Origin: Planctomycetota bacterium
GTDB lineage: Bacteria > Planctomycetota > B15-G4
Length of the DNA stretch: 64,000 nucleotides
Assembly: GCA_965248575.1 (NCBI GenBank)
Contig: CBDFJQ010000002.1
Location: 4,416,001 to 4,480,000, forward strand
Direction: 5' to 3'
This document shows, in pieces, positions 50,101 to 60,000 of this stretch (positions within the stretch are counted from its first letter, which is position 1; every line of letters starts with the position of its first letter). A model generated the notes under the pieces. That model searched no databases. It was given only the letters and a program-made list of their open reading frames with translations, and was not told the DNA's origin. Made by a program: the position numbers and the translations under genes.

Positions 50101-50950
50101 CAGTCGTGCCGTCTTCGCCCAGCGTTACGACGGCGCGGACGCACCGCCCCACGCGCGCACATTGCTCGCGGCCAGGCTGCGGCCCGTCATGCTCCGACGG
50201 CTCAAGAGCGAAGTGGCACCCGAGCTGCCTCCGCGCATCGAGAAGCAACGCGAGTGCGAGTTGACCCCGGGCCAGCGCAAGCTCTACCTCGCTGAACTCA
50301 GCCGGGCCCGGGCTTTCATGGGCGATCTCGAAAGCTCGGGTGGCGTCAAGCGGAACAAGATCTCGATCCTGGCGGTGCTCACCCGCCTGCGTCAGATTTG
50401 TTGTCACCCGGCTCTCGTCGGCGGAGAGGCTGCATTGGGCTCGGGCAAGTTCACCGCGCTTTTTGAGTTGCTCGAACCGCTGCTGGCCGAGGGGCACAAG
50501 GTGCTCGTCTTCTCGCAGTTCGTGCAGTGCCTCAAACTCGTCGCCTCGGACATGCAGAGCCGCGGGATCGGGTACCACATGCTGACCGGGTCCAGCCGCA
50601 ATCGCGGAGAGATCGTTGAGGCCTTCGAGAACGACCCGGACCCTGCAGTGTTCCTCATCTCGCTGAAAGCCGGCGGCACCGGCCTCAACCTGACGGCCGC
50701 CAACTACGTCGTCTTGTTCGACCCTTGGTGGAACCCTGCGGTGGAAGCCCAGGCCATCGACCGCACCCACCGCATCGGGCAGGACCAGACCGTGATCGCG
50801 TACCGCTTGGTGGCCGTGGGCACGATCGAGGAACGCATCCGAGAACTCCAGGCCCGCAAAGCGAGCCTTGCACGAGACGTACTCGGCGAGGGCGGCTTTG
50901 CGAAGGCGTTGACGCGTGGCGATTTGGACTTCTTGTTCTCGGTGGACTGA
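47129..50950 (+). CDS. SWIM zinc finger + SNF2 helicase
   Basis: CTC...CKH; ADDMGLGKT, DEAQ, TGTPLEN, QAIDRTHRIGQ. Confidence 0.95.
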   Translation: MPSPDDWLTSERLEILAETVEAFEDGALERGRRYANDERVTGLRSTTDEIQACVFGGLAYDVRWKWTEAGWTPSCTCPVAPRCKHAFALACVVLAGGLPTDLLELSWLRDLLPDRLVRRRLERAQTAQESEPEQPPPDDGRTPPASREVAALERLRTCSDWVDRASALADLLRSDRRLAYAAFKAPLSDLAELEDPDIRCFVIARELASRMGTRLPRTLAPFLERPDLKQRYDAQLEDEFDDDDDEPWAGEPGVGESRAADPSLPATHNLRMEFQLEGDPLGEVIVKLQTRLTSERLADVPRTGLQLHQLLARANRRSGVLPDEQHELLAVLLEAKVSPFVNRQDSACMLSGAALVQVLLAVAGTQLATWSDRLPAQLAGPAGVNPGDPPTLDSGMVDVEPVLTSVSGDPRVVLEHRLPEGAVLTPGERLLLRARPGVHGEPTLLLTSGRFWTIRGELPASRSGSGLSALAGGFDPTQNPALLEPLARAFPGFRASLAPYTRVHPAHPTVCLDLGSDDWLQIRAFASATPGWRPGDAVSTDALHFEWTGAGGWVPTEGDPALVAADALRATGPSSGSGPIWLELPEPDRVGPVVSWLESLAAIHGSMPRAEGEQPLAGERDVGSWMRLTPSTIDQLADAWALRPADVTWFGSDTLRKLLTAPEPMLPQLRVAPSGVDWFMVSAEWEAEGAALSDAELALMRNATSRFVRLSSGWVRSDTADARSAGDEALAELGIEAGGEEQRVSVWQLARARPEALAAILGLETGTGQGASEGANAGAPGSASALEGVRVLREKVAAFTGLPQVDLPPGIEGDLRPYQRAGLDFLSHATSLGLGAILADDMGLGKTIQALVWLARLVNLRPEGGPSLVVCPASVLHNWEREAERFAPGLRVLALTAGSERHALRPQIPDHDIVLTNYSLLRRDREELGAIAWRAVILDEAQNIKNPDAAVSRAARSLRAQHKLALTGTPLENRALDLWSIQAFLNPGYLDSRAVFAQRYDGADAPPHARTLLAARLRPVMLRRLKSEVAPELPPRIEKQRECELTPGQRKLYLAELSRARAFMGDLESSGGVKRNKISILAVLTRLRQICCHPALVGGEAALGSGKFTALFELLEPLLAEGHKVLVFSQFVQCLKLVASDMQSRGIGYHMLTGSSRNRGEIVEAFENDPDPAVFLISLKAGGTGLNLTAANYVVLFDPWWNPAVEAQAIDRTHRIGQDQTVIAYRLVAVGTIEERIRELQARKASLARDVLGEGGFAKALTRGDLDFLFSVD

Positions 50951-51087
50951 GAGCGTCCAGGGGCCGGCCGCCTCAGGCGTCTTCTGTGAGCCCTCCTGCT
51001 CAATCGGAGTTTGTAGTCTTGCCATGCGAGCCCGTTGTGCTCTAGAACTTTTGGTCAACCCACACGTCTCAGAGAGGAGCACCTTTC

Positions 51088-52446
51088 ATGGCCATCCCAA
51101 GTCGTCGTTTCGCTGCAATCCTGGCGGCTGCACTTTTCAGCACGAGCCCGGTCTTGCTCGCGGACACGATCCGGGTCCCAATGGACTCGGAGACCATCCA
51201 GGGCGCCGTCGACATGGCCGCGCCCCTCGATGAGGTCCTGATCTCGAGCGGGAACTACGTCGAGAACATCGTCGTCCCACCCGGGCTCGACGGCCTGACC
51301 ATCCGCGGCAAGGGCAAGGTGGTCATCGATGCACACATTGGCCTCCAGAGCTCCGACGGGATTCGCGTCCTGTCCGCCAACGTCACCATCTCCAAGCTCA
51401 CGATTCGCCACGCCGGCTCGGTAGGGATCAGCGCCTACCAGCTGACCGAGGGCGTCGGCAGCGTCGACGGCCTGACTATCGACAAGGTGAACATCATCAA
51501 CTCGGCCAGTGCCGGGATCGATGTGGCTGGCAACGACGCCATGGTGACGGGGTGCGTGCTCGTGGGCAACGGCAACGGCATCTTGATCAACGGTGACGAC
51601 TGCACGGTCACGAAGACCTCGGTGCTGAACGACTGCGATAGGGGTGTGCGGATCAACGGCATCAACGCTGAGGTGAGCAGGTGCACGATCGACGTCATCG
51701 AGGACGGCAACGGCATCAACGTCTGGGGTGACAACTGCCTGATCGACCGGAACAATGTCTCGAACACGTGTGCCGAGTTGATCTTCGTCAGATCGGACGG
51801 CGGCGTCGTCTCGCGCAACAAGGTCTGGGCCGGCGATTCCGACGGCATCGACGCCGGCGGCACCGACATCACGATCAGCAAGAACACGATCAGCGACACG
51901 GGTGACGATGACGACGGCATCGAGCTGTACTCCACGTCCGGCGCGGTCGTCGAGGGCAACAAGGTCTATCGAGCGACGGAGGAGGGCTACAACCTCAACG
52001 TGTTCAACGCACTGATCTCGAAGAACCTCGCAGACCGTTGCGGCTCCGAGGACGAGTGCGGCTTCCGGGTCGACGGCTCGAACAACATGATCGAGAGCAA
52101 CACGGCACGCGAGTGCGACAGCTCGGGCTTCGAAGTGTCGGGCTCGAGCAACACGCTCATGAAGAACAAGTCGTTCAACAACACGGACAACGGATTCCTC
52201 TTGACTTCGTCCGGCGAGGGCGGAGTTCCTTCGGCGGTCGACAACACGCTCGAGAAGAACCTGGCCCGTGGCAACCACGGTGAGGGCCTCGAGAACCAAG
52301 CCGGCAACACGACCGTGACCAAGAACACGTTCCAGAAGAATCGCCTGGACCTGACGAATGCGACCGCCGATGGCGCGACCCTGGTCGACGGTGGTGGCAA
52401 CAAGTTCGACACGGGCGACTTCACCTTCGAGCCCGAGATCAACTGA
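51088..52446 (+). CDS. Secreted right-handed beta-helix (NosD-like) protein
   Basis: TIQGAVD.A; GI...G...I..N repeats. Confidence 0.88.
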   Translation: MAIPSRRFAAILAAALFSTSPVLLADTIRVPMDSETIQGAVDMAAPLDEVLISSGNYVENIVVPPGLDGLTIRGKGKVVIDAHIGLQSSDGIRVLSANVTISKLTIRHAGSVGISAYQLTEGVGSVDGLTIDKVNIINSASAGIDVAGNDAMVTGCVLVGNGNGILINGDDCTVTKTSVLNDCDRGVRINGINAEVSRCTIDVIEDGNGINVWGDNCLIDRNNVSNTCAELIFVRSDGGVVSRNKVWAGDSDGIDAGGTDITISKNTISDTGDDDDGIELYSTSGAVVEGNKVYRATEEGYNLNVFNALISKNLADRCGSEDECGFRVDGSNNMIESNTARECDSSGFEVSGSSNTLMKNKSFNNTDNGFLLTSSGEGGVPSAVDNTLEKNLARGNHGEGLENQAGNTTVTKNTFQKNRLDLTNATADGATLVDGGGNKFDTGDFTFEPEIN

Positions 52447-52931
52447 GGCCCGGAACAGTCGTCGCGGGGGCAGTTTCGGTGCCTGTGCACCGGCCAGACC
52501 CGGCGGCTCGACGGCCGTCCCGCACGCGCGGGGCGGCCGTTTTCCGTCTGGAGGCCATCGCGTCACCGACTGCTCGGGCGGCTTGCTCGGAGTGGATGCG
52601 CCATGATGCTGCACCGCTAGGCTGCGCTGTTGTGCGTGCTGTTGTTCTCGCGCGCCCCGCGGCCGCGCCGCAGGACGCAGTGGATCCCTACGCAGTCGGT
52701 GAGCGCGCCGATTGGGACTGCGCGCGGTGAAAAAGAGATCGAGGACTACCGCAAGGTACAGCCTGCCGGGAGTCGGCCCAGCGGCCTGCCGTCTTGCCCC
52801 AAGCCAAGCCCCGCTCACCCCAGCACGGTCCTCACCACCCCACGCGCCTTCCGCATTTCTTCGGGAGCGCTAGCGTGCCATCTCCCGTGCCCCGCACGGC
52901 GCCGCGAGGCGCAGGGGGCGTTTGCCCTCCC

Positions 52932-52965
52932 CCGGACGTGAGGGGCCTCTGTCTCGCCTCTGCTC
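52932..52965 (+). repeat. oriIS-like end motif copy
   Basis: ccggacgtgaggggcctctgtctcgcctctgctc versus 17389-17422. Confidence 0.7.
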
Positions 52966-52980
52966 TCGGACTGCCAGATC

Positions 52981-54174
52981 ATGAAGCCCCGTGTGTGTTG
53001 TCTTGTCTCGATGTGTCTGTCTGCTCAAGCCCTGGCCTTGGCCCCGGCCTCGGCCCTGAGTCGGTGGGGAGGGCCGGACCCGTCCGTGTTGCTGGAGAGG
53101 GCCCGGGCTTCGATCATGGATCTCGATGCGGTTTCGTTTCAATGTGACGCGAGCACGTTGGGTAAGCAGGTGTTCGGGGATTCGGTGGCGGTGTTTCCAC
53201 CGCTCAGCGCCACGGTGAAGGTCGTCTTTGGAGGGGCCAAGCGGCGTGCTGAGCGATTCAGCGCTGAGGTGTTGGCGGGAGACGGGATGAGCGGCTCGCG
53301 GCGCTGGCGGCTCGGGGGCGATGCTGACAACGTCATGATGTCAGAAGGCGGGACGGCGTTGGTCGCGACCCGAGAGACCCATGATGGTGGGATGTTGGGC
53401 GTGTTGGGAGGGGCCGGGACCCTGATTCCGTGGTGGTGGTGGGATGAAGAATCGTGGCAAGAGTTGTTGTCGGCTCCGGTCATCGAATACCGAGGCCCCG
53501 GGATTCAAGCCGGTGAGTTGTGCGAGGTCGTCCAGGCCAGCGAGGGCGAAGGGGGCCGGGAGTGAATTCTTTGGCTCTCGGTCGAGGACGGCCTGCCTCG
53601 AGTGTGGGAGGAACGCTGGGTGCAGCAAGAACCGATGCGGAGGGTGTACCGCGTCTGGGGCCTTGCTCGCCACGAGTCCGAAGAGCTGGAGTTTCAGACT
53701 CTGGTTTCTGAGGGAGATGAAGTGGTGGCGTACAAGCATCGCTCCCGAACTGTTCAACTGATCAAAGAGGGAAAGAGGGTCCCAGAGTTTTCGATACCCG
53801 GTGAGCCGGGTGTTCTGGACGGGGTTCAGATGGCTGACGGCATCTGGGTTGTGAGTTTTTGGGCAACGTGGTGCGGGCCGTGCATTGTCGAGTTACCGCT
53901 GTTGAACTCGCTCCGCGCGGATCTCGATCGTGCGGGTGCCAAGTTGGCCCTGCTGCAGACCCTTGACGGGCGGGATGGCCAGGGTGTGTTGGCGAGCTTC
54001 GATGGCCTGCGGGATCGGAACTGGGATGACCCAGATGGGGTGGTCGCCGCAGCGTTTGGGGTGAGCGGGTTTCCGACGACGATTGTGATTCGTGATGGGA
54101 AGATTGTGTGGTCGCTGGTGGGCGAGTTAGGAGAAGAGGGCTCGATCGAGATGTTGAAGAGTGTTCAGCGCTAA
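52981..54174 (+). pseudogene. LolA-like + TlpA thiol-disulfide oxidoreductase interrupted by an in-frame TGA
   Basis: ORFs 52981-53565 and 53602-54174 share a frame; FWATWCGPC; TGA at 53563-53565. Confidence 0.75.
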
Positions 54175-54349
54175 GGGTCAGCAGCTGTGACGGAGTCCGT
54201 TCGAGCGCGCATGATGCCGACCTGCGAGAACACGCCGTCAATCGTGCGACTGTGCAGCGCTCCAGGGTCGGGTCGCTGGCTCGAGACGCACCTCGTCGCT
54301 CGCGCACTCCCGATCCAGTTGTGCTGTGGGAGGTTCGAGCTCTAGCTGT

Positions 54350-54437
54350 CGTGTGCCGCGGGAGCTGTTCTGAGCGGAAAGGATCGGAGCGGCAGCGCAT
54401 CGGGACCGGGAGACCCGGGCGCGGGTGGGGGCGCTCC
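54350..54437 (+). mobile_element. IS91/ISCR-like end relic (RVPRELF-stop plus downstream sequence)
   Basis: 62/83 ungapped identity to 16150-16232. Confidence 0.7.
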
Positions 54438-54737
54438 ATGCAGACGCGGCCCCCGGGCAGTGTGATCAACGGTCGTGATGGGACCAGGATAGGTCCCGAG
54501 ACCCAAACGGCTGGATGCTCGGCTCGGCGAGGTTGTGGGAACCACCGACAGGTCGGCGTGGCCGAGGCAGACCCGCCACACGACGGGTATCCGACTGCCG
54601 ATCTTCTGAGCGGGCGCCGGTTGTGTGACCGTGTGGCCCGCGCTGGCCACGCGAGCCACTAATCTCAGCCCGGGTTCCCGGCCGACCGTTAGACTGGGAT
54701 CTGTTCGGCGTCCTACCAACATGCCCGCGAGCCCGCC

Positions 54738-56096
54738 ATGACCGACCGCCCACTCCGTCGCCTCGTGTCCCTGGCCCTTGCGTTGACTGCCCTCGGGACT
54801 CTCGCCTCGTCAGCAGCCAGCCAGGTCGTGCTGCAGCAGGACGACATCGCCGTCGCCACGACCAACGGCGTCTACCTCCTGCACCGCAAGCAGCCCGCGG
54901 TCCGCGTCGTGCCCGGGCCCCTCGTCGCGCCCGCCATCGAGTGGGAGCCCGACACCGACCGCTTCTATCTGGCCACCAGCAACGAGCTGCTGCGCGTGAC
55001 CGTCCAGACGCACACGACGGGTGGCGCGACCGTGCAGACCCTCGCCACGCTCCCCGCCGGCACGCGGCTCGTGGACGTGGACATCGACCACAGCACCGGC
55101 GACGTCTGGACCCTCGATCGCGAGACCGATCAGGCGTTCCGTTTCAGCGCCCCCGTCAATCCGGGCGCGACTCCGGACCTCACATTGCAACTCTTCGAGC
55201 GGGCGCGCTCGCTCAGCGTCGACAGCGTGAACCACCCCGTCTCGCTGCTGTACATGACGACCAAGGCACTCATGCGGCAGTACGTCGACGGCCCACCGAT
55301 CGTGGAGGATGGCAAACCGCTTGGCAGCAGCGACGCGGGATCCGACGTCAGCTGGCAGCACCCACGCTGGGGCACCTTCTACGTCAACACCAATTCGCAT
55401 GGCATCTACTTCGTCCCGTACAAGGTCCGAGGGATGAATCCGCTCATCGAGCTGCAGTTGCCCGTCGCGCCCTACGTCTTCCACCCCACCGACATCGAGT
55501 GGCTTCCCAACTCCGGCAAGCTCTACGCCGTGACCGTCGACGGCGTGGCGCCGAGTGTGTTCCCCACGCTGCAGACGGATGGGACGGGCGTGCACGTCGT
55601 CGAGATCCGACCGGGCGGCGGTCAGGTCGGCGGCGTCGCGATCGCGGTCCTCGTGTCCGACCCCGCTGGCACCAGCCTTGTCTTCGGCACGGAGGCGGAC
55701 ATCGCCATCGTGCTCGACGGGAGCTTCGCCGGCCCCTACGGCAACCCATCGCCCGCGTTCACGGGCGAAGCGCCGGTCATGGAGGCTGTGTCCTTCCCGC
55801 TGCTCGGCAACGCGGCCTTCGCCATGGAGATCGTGGACGGCCCGCCCGGGCGTCCCGTCTTCGCGGGCATCGGCCTGTCCCCCGCCAACATCATCGTCGG
55901 CGGCGGTGTGCAGCTCATCGCGCCGAGGGTCTGGATGGCTGTCGGGCAGACCAGCCCCGTGGGCGACCTGCTGATTCCAGCCTCCGTGCCCAACAATCCT
56001 GCGCTCACGTCGATGGACCTCTTCGTACAGAGCGTGGTCTTTGGCAACGACCAGGAGCCGGCGTTCACCAACGCGATGCGCATCCGCTTCCGGTAG
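54738..56096 (+). CDS. Secreted beta-propeller-like protein with divergent C-terminal domain
   Basis: Signal peptide; C-terminal VPNNPAL..DLFVQ...TNAMRIRF. Confidence 0.8.
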   Translation: MTDRPLRRLVSLALALTALGTLASSAASQVVLQQDDIAVATTNGVYLLHRKQPAVRVVPGPLVAPAIEWEPDTDRFYLATSNELLRVTVQTHTTGGATVQTLATLPAGTRLVDVDIDHSTGDVWTLDRETDQAFRFSAPVNPGATPDLTLQLFERARSLSVDSVNHPVSLLYMTTKALMRQYVDGPPIVEDGKPLGSSDAGSDVSWQHPRWGTFYVNTNSHGIYFVPYKVRGMNPLIELQLPVAPYVFHPTDIEWLPNSGKLYAVTVDGVAPSVFPTLQTDGTGVHVVEIRPGGGQVGGVAIAVLVSDPAGTSLVFGTEADIAIVLDGSFAGPYGNPSPAFTGEAPVMEAVSFPLLGNAAFAMEIVDGPPGRPVFAGIGLSPANIIVGGGVQLIAPRVWMAVGQTSPVGDLLIPASVPNNPALTSMDLFVQSVVFGNDQEPAFTNAMRIRFR

Positions 56097-56277
56097 GGCG
56101 TCGGCCGACTTGGATGGCTGGGGAGGCGGGCGGACTCAACGGGACCAACAGCCGTCGTTCGCGGCAGTCATGCGAGCAGCCTCGCCCGATGGTGTGCCTG
56201 CTGCGACGGCCGCCTTCAACCTCACAGCGGGCCGGGGACTTCGTAGCCTGTGTCACCGCCCCCTTTCGAGCCCACCC

Positions 56278-56859
56278 ATGAATCGACTGACCCGCGCGCT
56301 AATCCTGCTCCTGTCCATCAGCCCCCTCTGGGCTACGCCGGGTGTTGCGCAGCCACTCCCGCCCGCTCAGGACCCAGATGTCCAGGAAGACGTCGCGGCG
56401 ATCCGGGCACGGATGGGCTTCATGGTCGGCGAATGGCGGATCGACGCGAAGATCCGTACGCCCAACGGCTACCTCGTGGGCAGCGGAACGATGGACGCCC
56501 GTTTCGATGTGGACGGCACCACCTTCCTGGCCGACATGGACACCCGGTTCCAGGGCTTCGCGGTGACGGGAACCACGCGACGCGTCTACAACCCTGCACG
56601 CAAACTATGGGACGTGGATTGGCTCACCGGGAATGCCTCAAGCGTGCTCGGCATCGAGGGCCGGTTCTCCGACGGGCACTTCATCGAAATCAACTACGGC
56701 ACCGACGGAGCCGGGCCTTTCATCGGGCGACTGGTGGTTTCGGAGATCACGGACGACCATTTCGTCGTGCGCAAGGATCGCCTCTACGACGACGGAACTC
56801 TCATGCCCGAGGTGTGGCTCTATGAAGCGACGCGCACCGGTGGCGAACCGCAGCGTTGA
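56278..56859 (+). CDS. Secreted DUF1579-like protein
   Basis: FMVGEW...YNP....W...W...Y.ATR. Confidence 0.65.
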   Translation: MNRLTRALILLLSISPLWATPGVAQPLPPAQDPDVQEDVAAIRARMGFMVGEWRIDAKIRTPNGYLVGSGTMDARFDVDGTTFLADMDTRFQGFAVTGTTRRVYNPARKLWDVDWLTGNASSVLGIEGRFSDGHFIEINYGTDGAGPFIGRLVVSEITDDHFVVRKDRLYDDGTLMPEVWLYEATRTGGEPQR

Positions 56860-56882
56860 GGTCGGGGGAGGCAGCGGACGCT

Positions 56883-56905
56883 GGGGAGCCCCTGTCCTAT
56901 GCCTC
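56883..56905 (+). repeat. oriIS-like end motif copy (3' part)
   Basis: ggggagcccctgtcctatgcctc versus 40559-40583. Confidence 0.55.
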
Positions 56906-57051
56906 CCCAAAAAGGTCTCCCGGCCTGCCTCGAAGCGAGGCAAACGCCTTGCATGCTAAGCTCGCGAAGTTGGGAAGGAGGCCGGGTTTCACCGGCCCGG
57001 GCACCCCAACCCGAGCTCGCGCTTCGAGACGATCAACTGGGAGATTCAGGA

Positions 57052-60000
57052 ATGGCTTCGCGTTTCATCCATCAGTTCATGCACCGGTTCATGGACTGGC
57101 CGTTGATCACGCTGCTTGCGGCAGTGTTCGTGTGCTTCAGCGGTTCCGCCCAGGCCCAGGCCTTCGACGCGGGCCTGCTACCCAAGGACATCTTCTTCGG
57201 CGACATCGAGGACGGCAGCGATGTGGACGTGCTGATCTTCGAGGCGCTCCGTGACACCAAGCTCACGATCTCCTTGGCGGCCAAGAAGCCCGGCGCCCTG
57301 CTCGCCTCGCTGAAGCTCGTCAACCTCTCGGACGCGTCGGTGGTGGCCCAAGTCGACGCCATCAAGTCCAAGCTCAAGCTCGTGGTGCTAGCGCCAGAGA
57401 CCGGTCCCTATCGCCTGGAGATCTCCAGCTCCGATGGCAGCATCGGGCCCTATCAAGCGGGCTACAAAGAGAAACTCTCCAAGACCGTGAGCAAGATCAA
57501 GGTCGACGAGGATGTGGCGGGCGGCGCTGACTTCGACACGGACTTCGACGCCCTGCAAGGCTTTCAACTCAGTGGAAAACTGCAGCGCTTCCCGAAGAAG
57601 TCTGGGGCGCTACCCGGTGCACCTGACTTGCTGCGCCCCAACGCAGGCGGCGCCTTCTCCTTGGACGCCAACACCCTCAAGGTCAACAAGAAGGGCGATC
57701 GCTACACGCTCAAGAAAGCGGTCTTGGACGCCAGCGGAACCTGGACGCTGCGCTCGGTGAACGGCGGCACCCAAGGAGGGCTGCGCTCCAGGCTCAGCCT
57801 CAAGCGCATCAAGCAGAAGAAGCGCAAGATCCTCGAGACCGCCAGCCCCGACAGCTTGCCCGCGCCGAGCCTCGACTCACTCTTGGCCATGACCGCTGCC
57901 AGCAACCTGCCGGTCAGCGGCAGTGATGTCATGCCTTTCGGCAAGGTGCAGGTGGAAGGCGGCGCCATGACCGTGGTGGTGTCAGCCAACGCCGACGGCG
58001 AGTTTGCTGCATCCGTGCCGCTCAAGCCCAACGCCGTGCAATCGCTGTTCGTCTCCCAACTGCTCAGCGGCGAACAGGGTCTGGCCGCCACTCATGAAGT
58101 GGTGCAGGACAGCAGCCCGCCCACCCTGATCATCGACTTCCCCGTGGACGGTGCCGTGCTCGGCAGCGCCAGCACCAATGTCTCCGGCCGCGTGGGCGAT
58201 CTGCTCAGTGGATTCGTCGGCCTCAGCGTCACCGTCAACGGCAGCGACGCCGCCGTGAGCATCGGCGTGGGCACCAACGGCAGTTTCGACCTGGCGGGCG
58301 TGCCGCTCGACAGCAGTGGCGCCACCACCCTGGAAGCCATCGCCAGCGATGTGCTCGGCAACACGACGAGCACGAGCATCAACGTGCTCTTCAAGGAGTC
58401 CACCGGCGCCTCGCTCGACATCATGGCGGGTGACAACCAGATGGGTTCGGTCCAGAGCAGCCTCGCCACAGCGTTGACGGTCCGCTTGAGCAATGCAGCC
58501 GACGCACCGCTCTTGGGTCGCCCCGTGAGCTTCCGGGTCGTGAAGAGCGACGGCATGCTCTCGACAGGAACCGACAGCGCTGCCCAGTTGATCACGAGCC
58601 TCTCCGACGCCCAGGGGCTGGCCAGCGTGCAATGGCAGCTGGGAAGCGATGCGGGCATGGGCAACAACCGCGTGGAAGTCACCGCCTCCGGAGTGCCCGG
58701 TGCGCTCTACTTCAACGCCTCCGCTGCAGGCTCCACGGCCAAGCAGCTCGCGATCGGGACGGGCAACGACCAGATGGCCCAAGCGGGCTCGACCCTGTCG
58801 CAGGCGCTCAGTGTCTGGGTCACGGATGGTCTCAATGGTGTCGCAGGCGTCTCCGTCAGCTTCGACGTGGACTCCGGCGAGGGCGGACTGCTCGCCGTGG
58901 GCAGCGCGGGAACTCCCGTCGCACAACTGAACGCCCTGACCGACCTCTCGGGCCACGCGGCCGTGCGCTGGGTGCTGGGCGAGACCGTGGGCCTCAACGA
59001 AGTCAGCGCCGACTTCAGCGGGAACCAAGGGGACTCCGCGAAGTTCCGCGCTCAGGGCTTGGTGCAGGAGTTCATGGCCACCCGCTTCAACGGCTTGGTG
59101 CTGGACAACTCCAAGCGCGCCCTGGGCGGCGCACTGTGCGAGATGACGTTCAACGACGGGACCACCGTCAGCACCAGCACCGGCGTGGACGGACGCTTTG
59201 AATTCGACCAGCTGCCGTTGGCCGGCCAAGCGCAACTGGCGGTGCACGGCGACACGGCCACGACCTTGGGCGGCGATGCCATCAACAGCGCGATCCTTGG
59301 TTTCCCCGAGCTGCACTTCAGCACCTTCATCGTGGCGGGCGCACCCAATGCCTTGCCGCGCCCCGTCTTGTTACCTCCGCTCGACCCCACTGCCGCCCTG
59401 ATCTTCGACGGCAGCGAGGACCTCGAGCTGATGCTGCCCGAGGTGGAAGGGCTGCGCTTCTTCCTGGCGGCTGAGACCGAAGTGCGACACCCCGACGGCA
59501 GCCTGGTGTCAGCCGGCAACCCCATCGCCCTGAGCCTCAGTCCGGTGCATGTGGACGACATCCCCATGCCCTTCGCGGACGGAGCCAATCCGCCCTTCGC
59601 CTGGACCCTGCAACCGGGCGGCACCACCTTCGACCCGCCGCTGAGCCTTGAGATGCCCAATCTGGCGGGCCTGCCCGCGGGTGCCGTGGCCTATTTCATC
59701 TCATTCAACCACGCCACCATGCGCTTCGAGATCGTGAGCAATGCCACGGTCTCCGCCGACGCCACCAAGATCACATCGGACCCTGGCCAAGGCATCACCG
59801 TCTCGGGCTGGGGCGGCATCTGCCCGCCCTACCCGAACCAGGCGACCTTCTGCCCCAGCGACGACATCAACTGCCTCCTGCCTCCCGAGCTGATGGTGCT
59901 CACCAATGACAGCGACGATGAGGAGACGGACGAGATCGAGCCGGCCAAGGGCAGTGCTCAGTCAGCCATGCAGAGTGCAACGGGCGCGCCAGGCTCCGAG

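Noticed and set aside
1972..56905. Classical integron with attC sites
   Set aside because: No intI, genes lie in both orientations, and the repeats lack the RYYYAAC...GTTRRRY inverted-core structure
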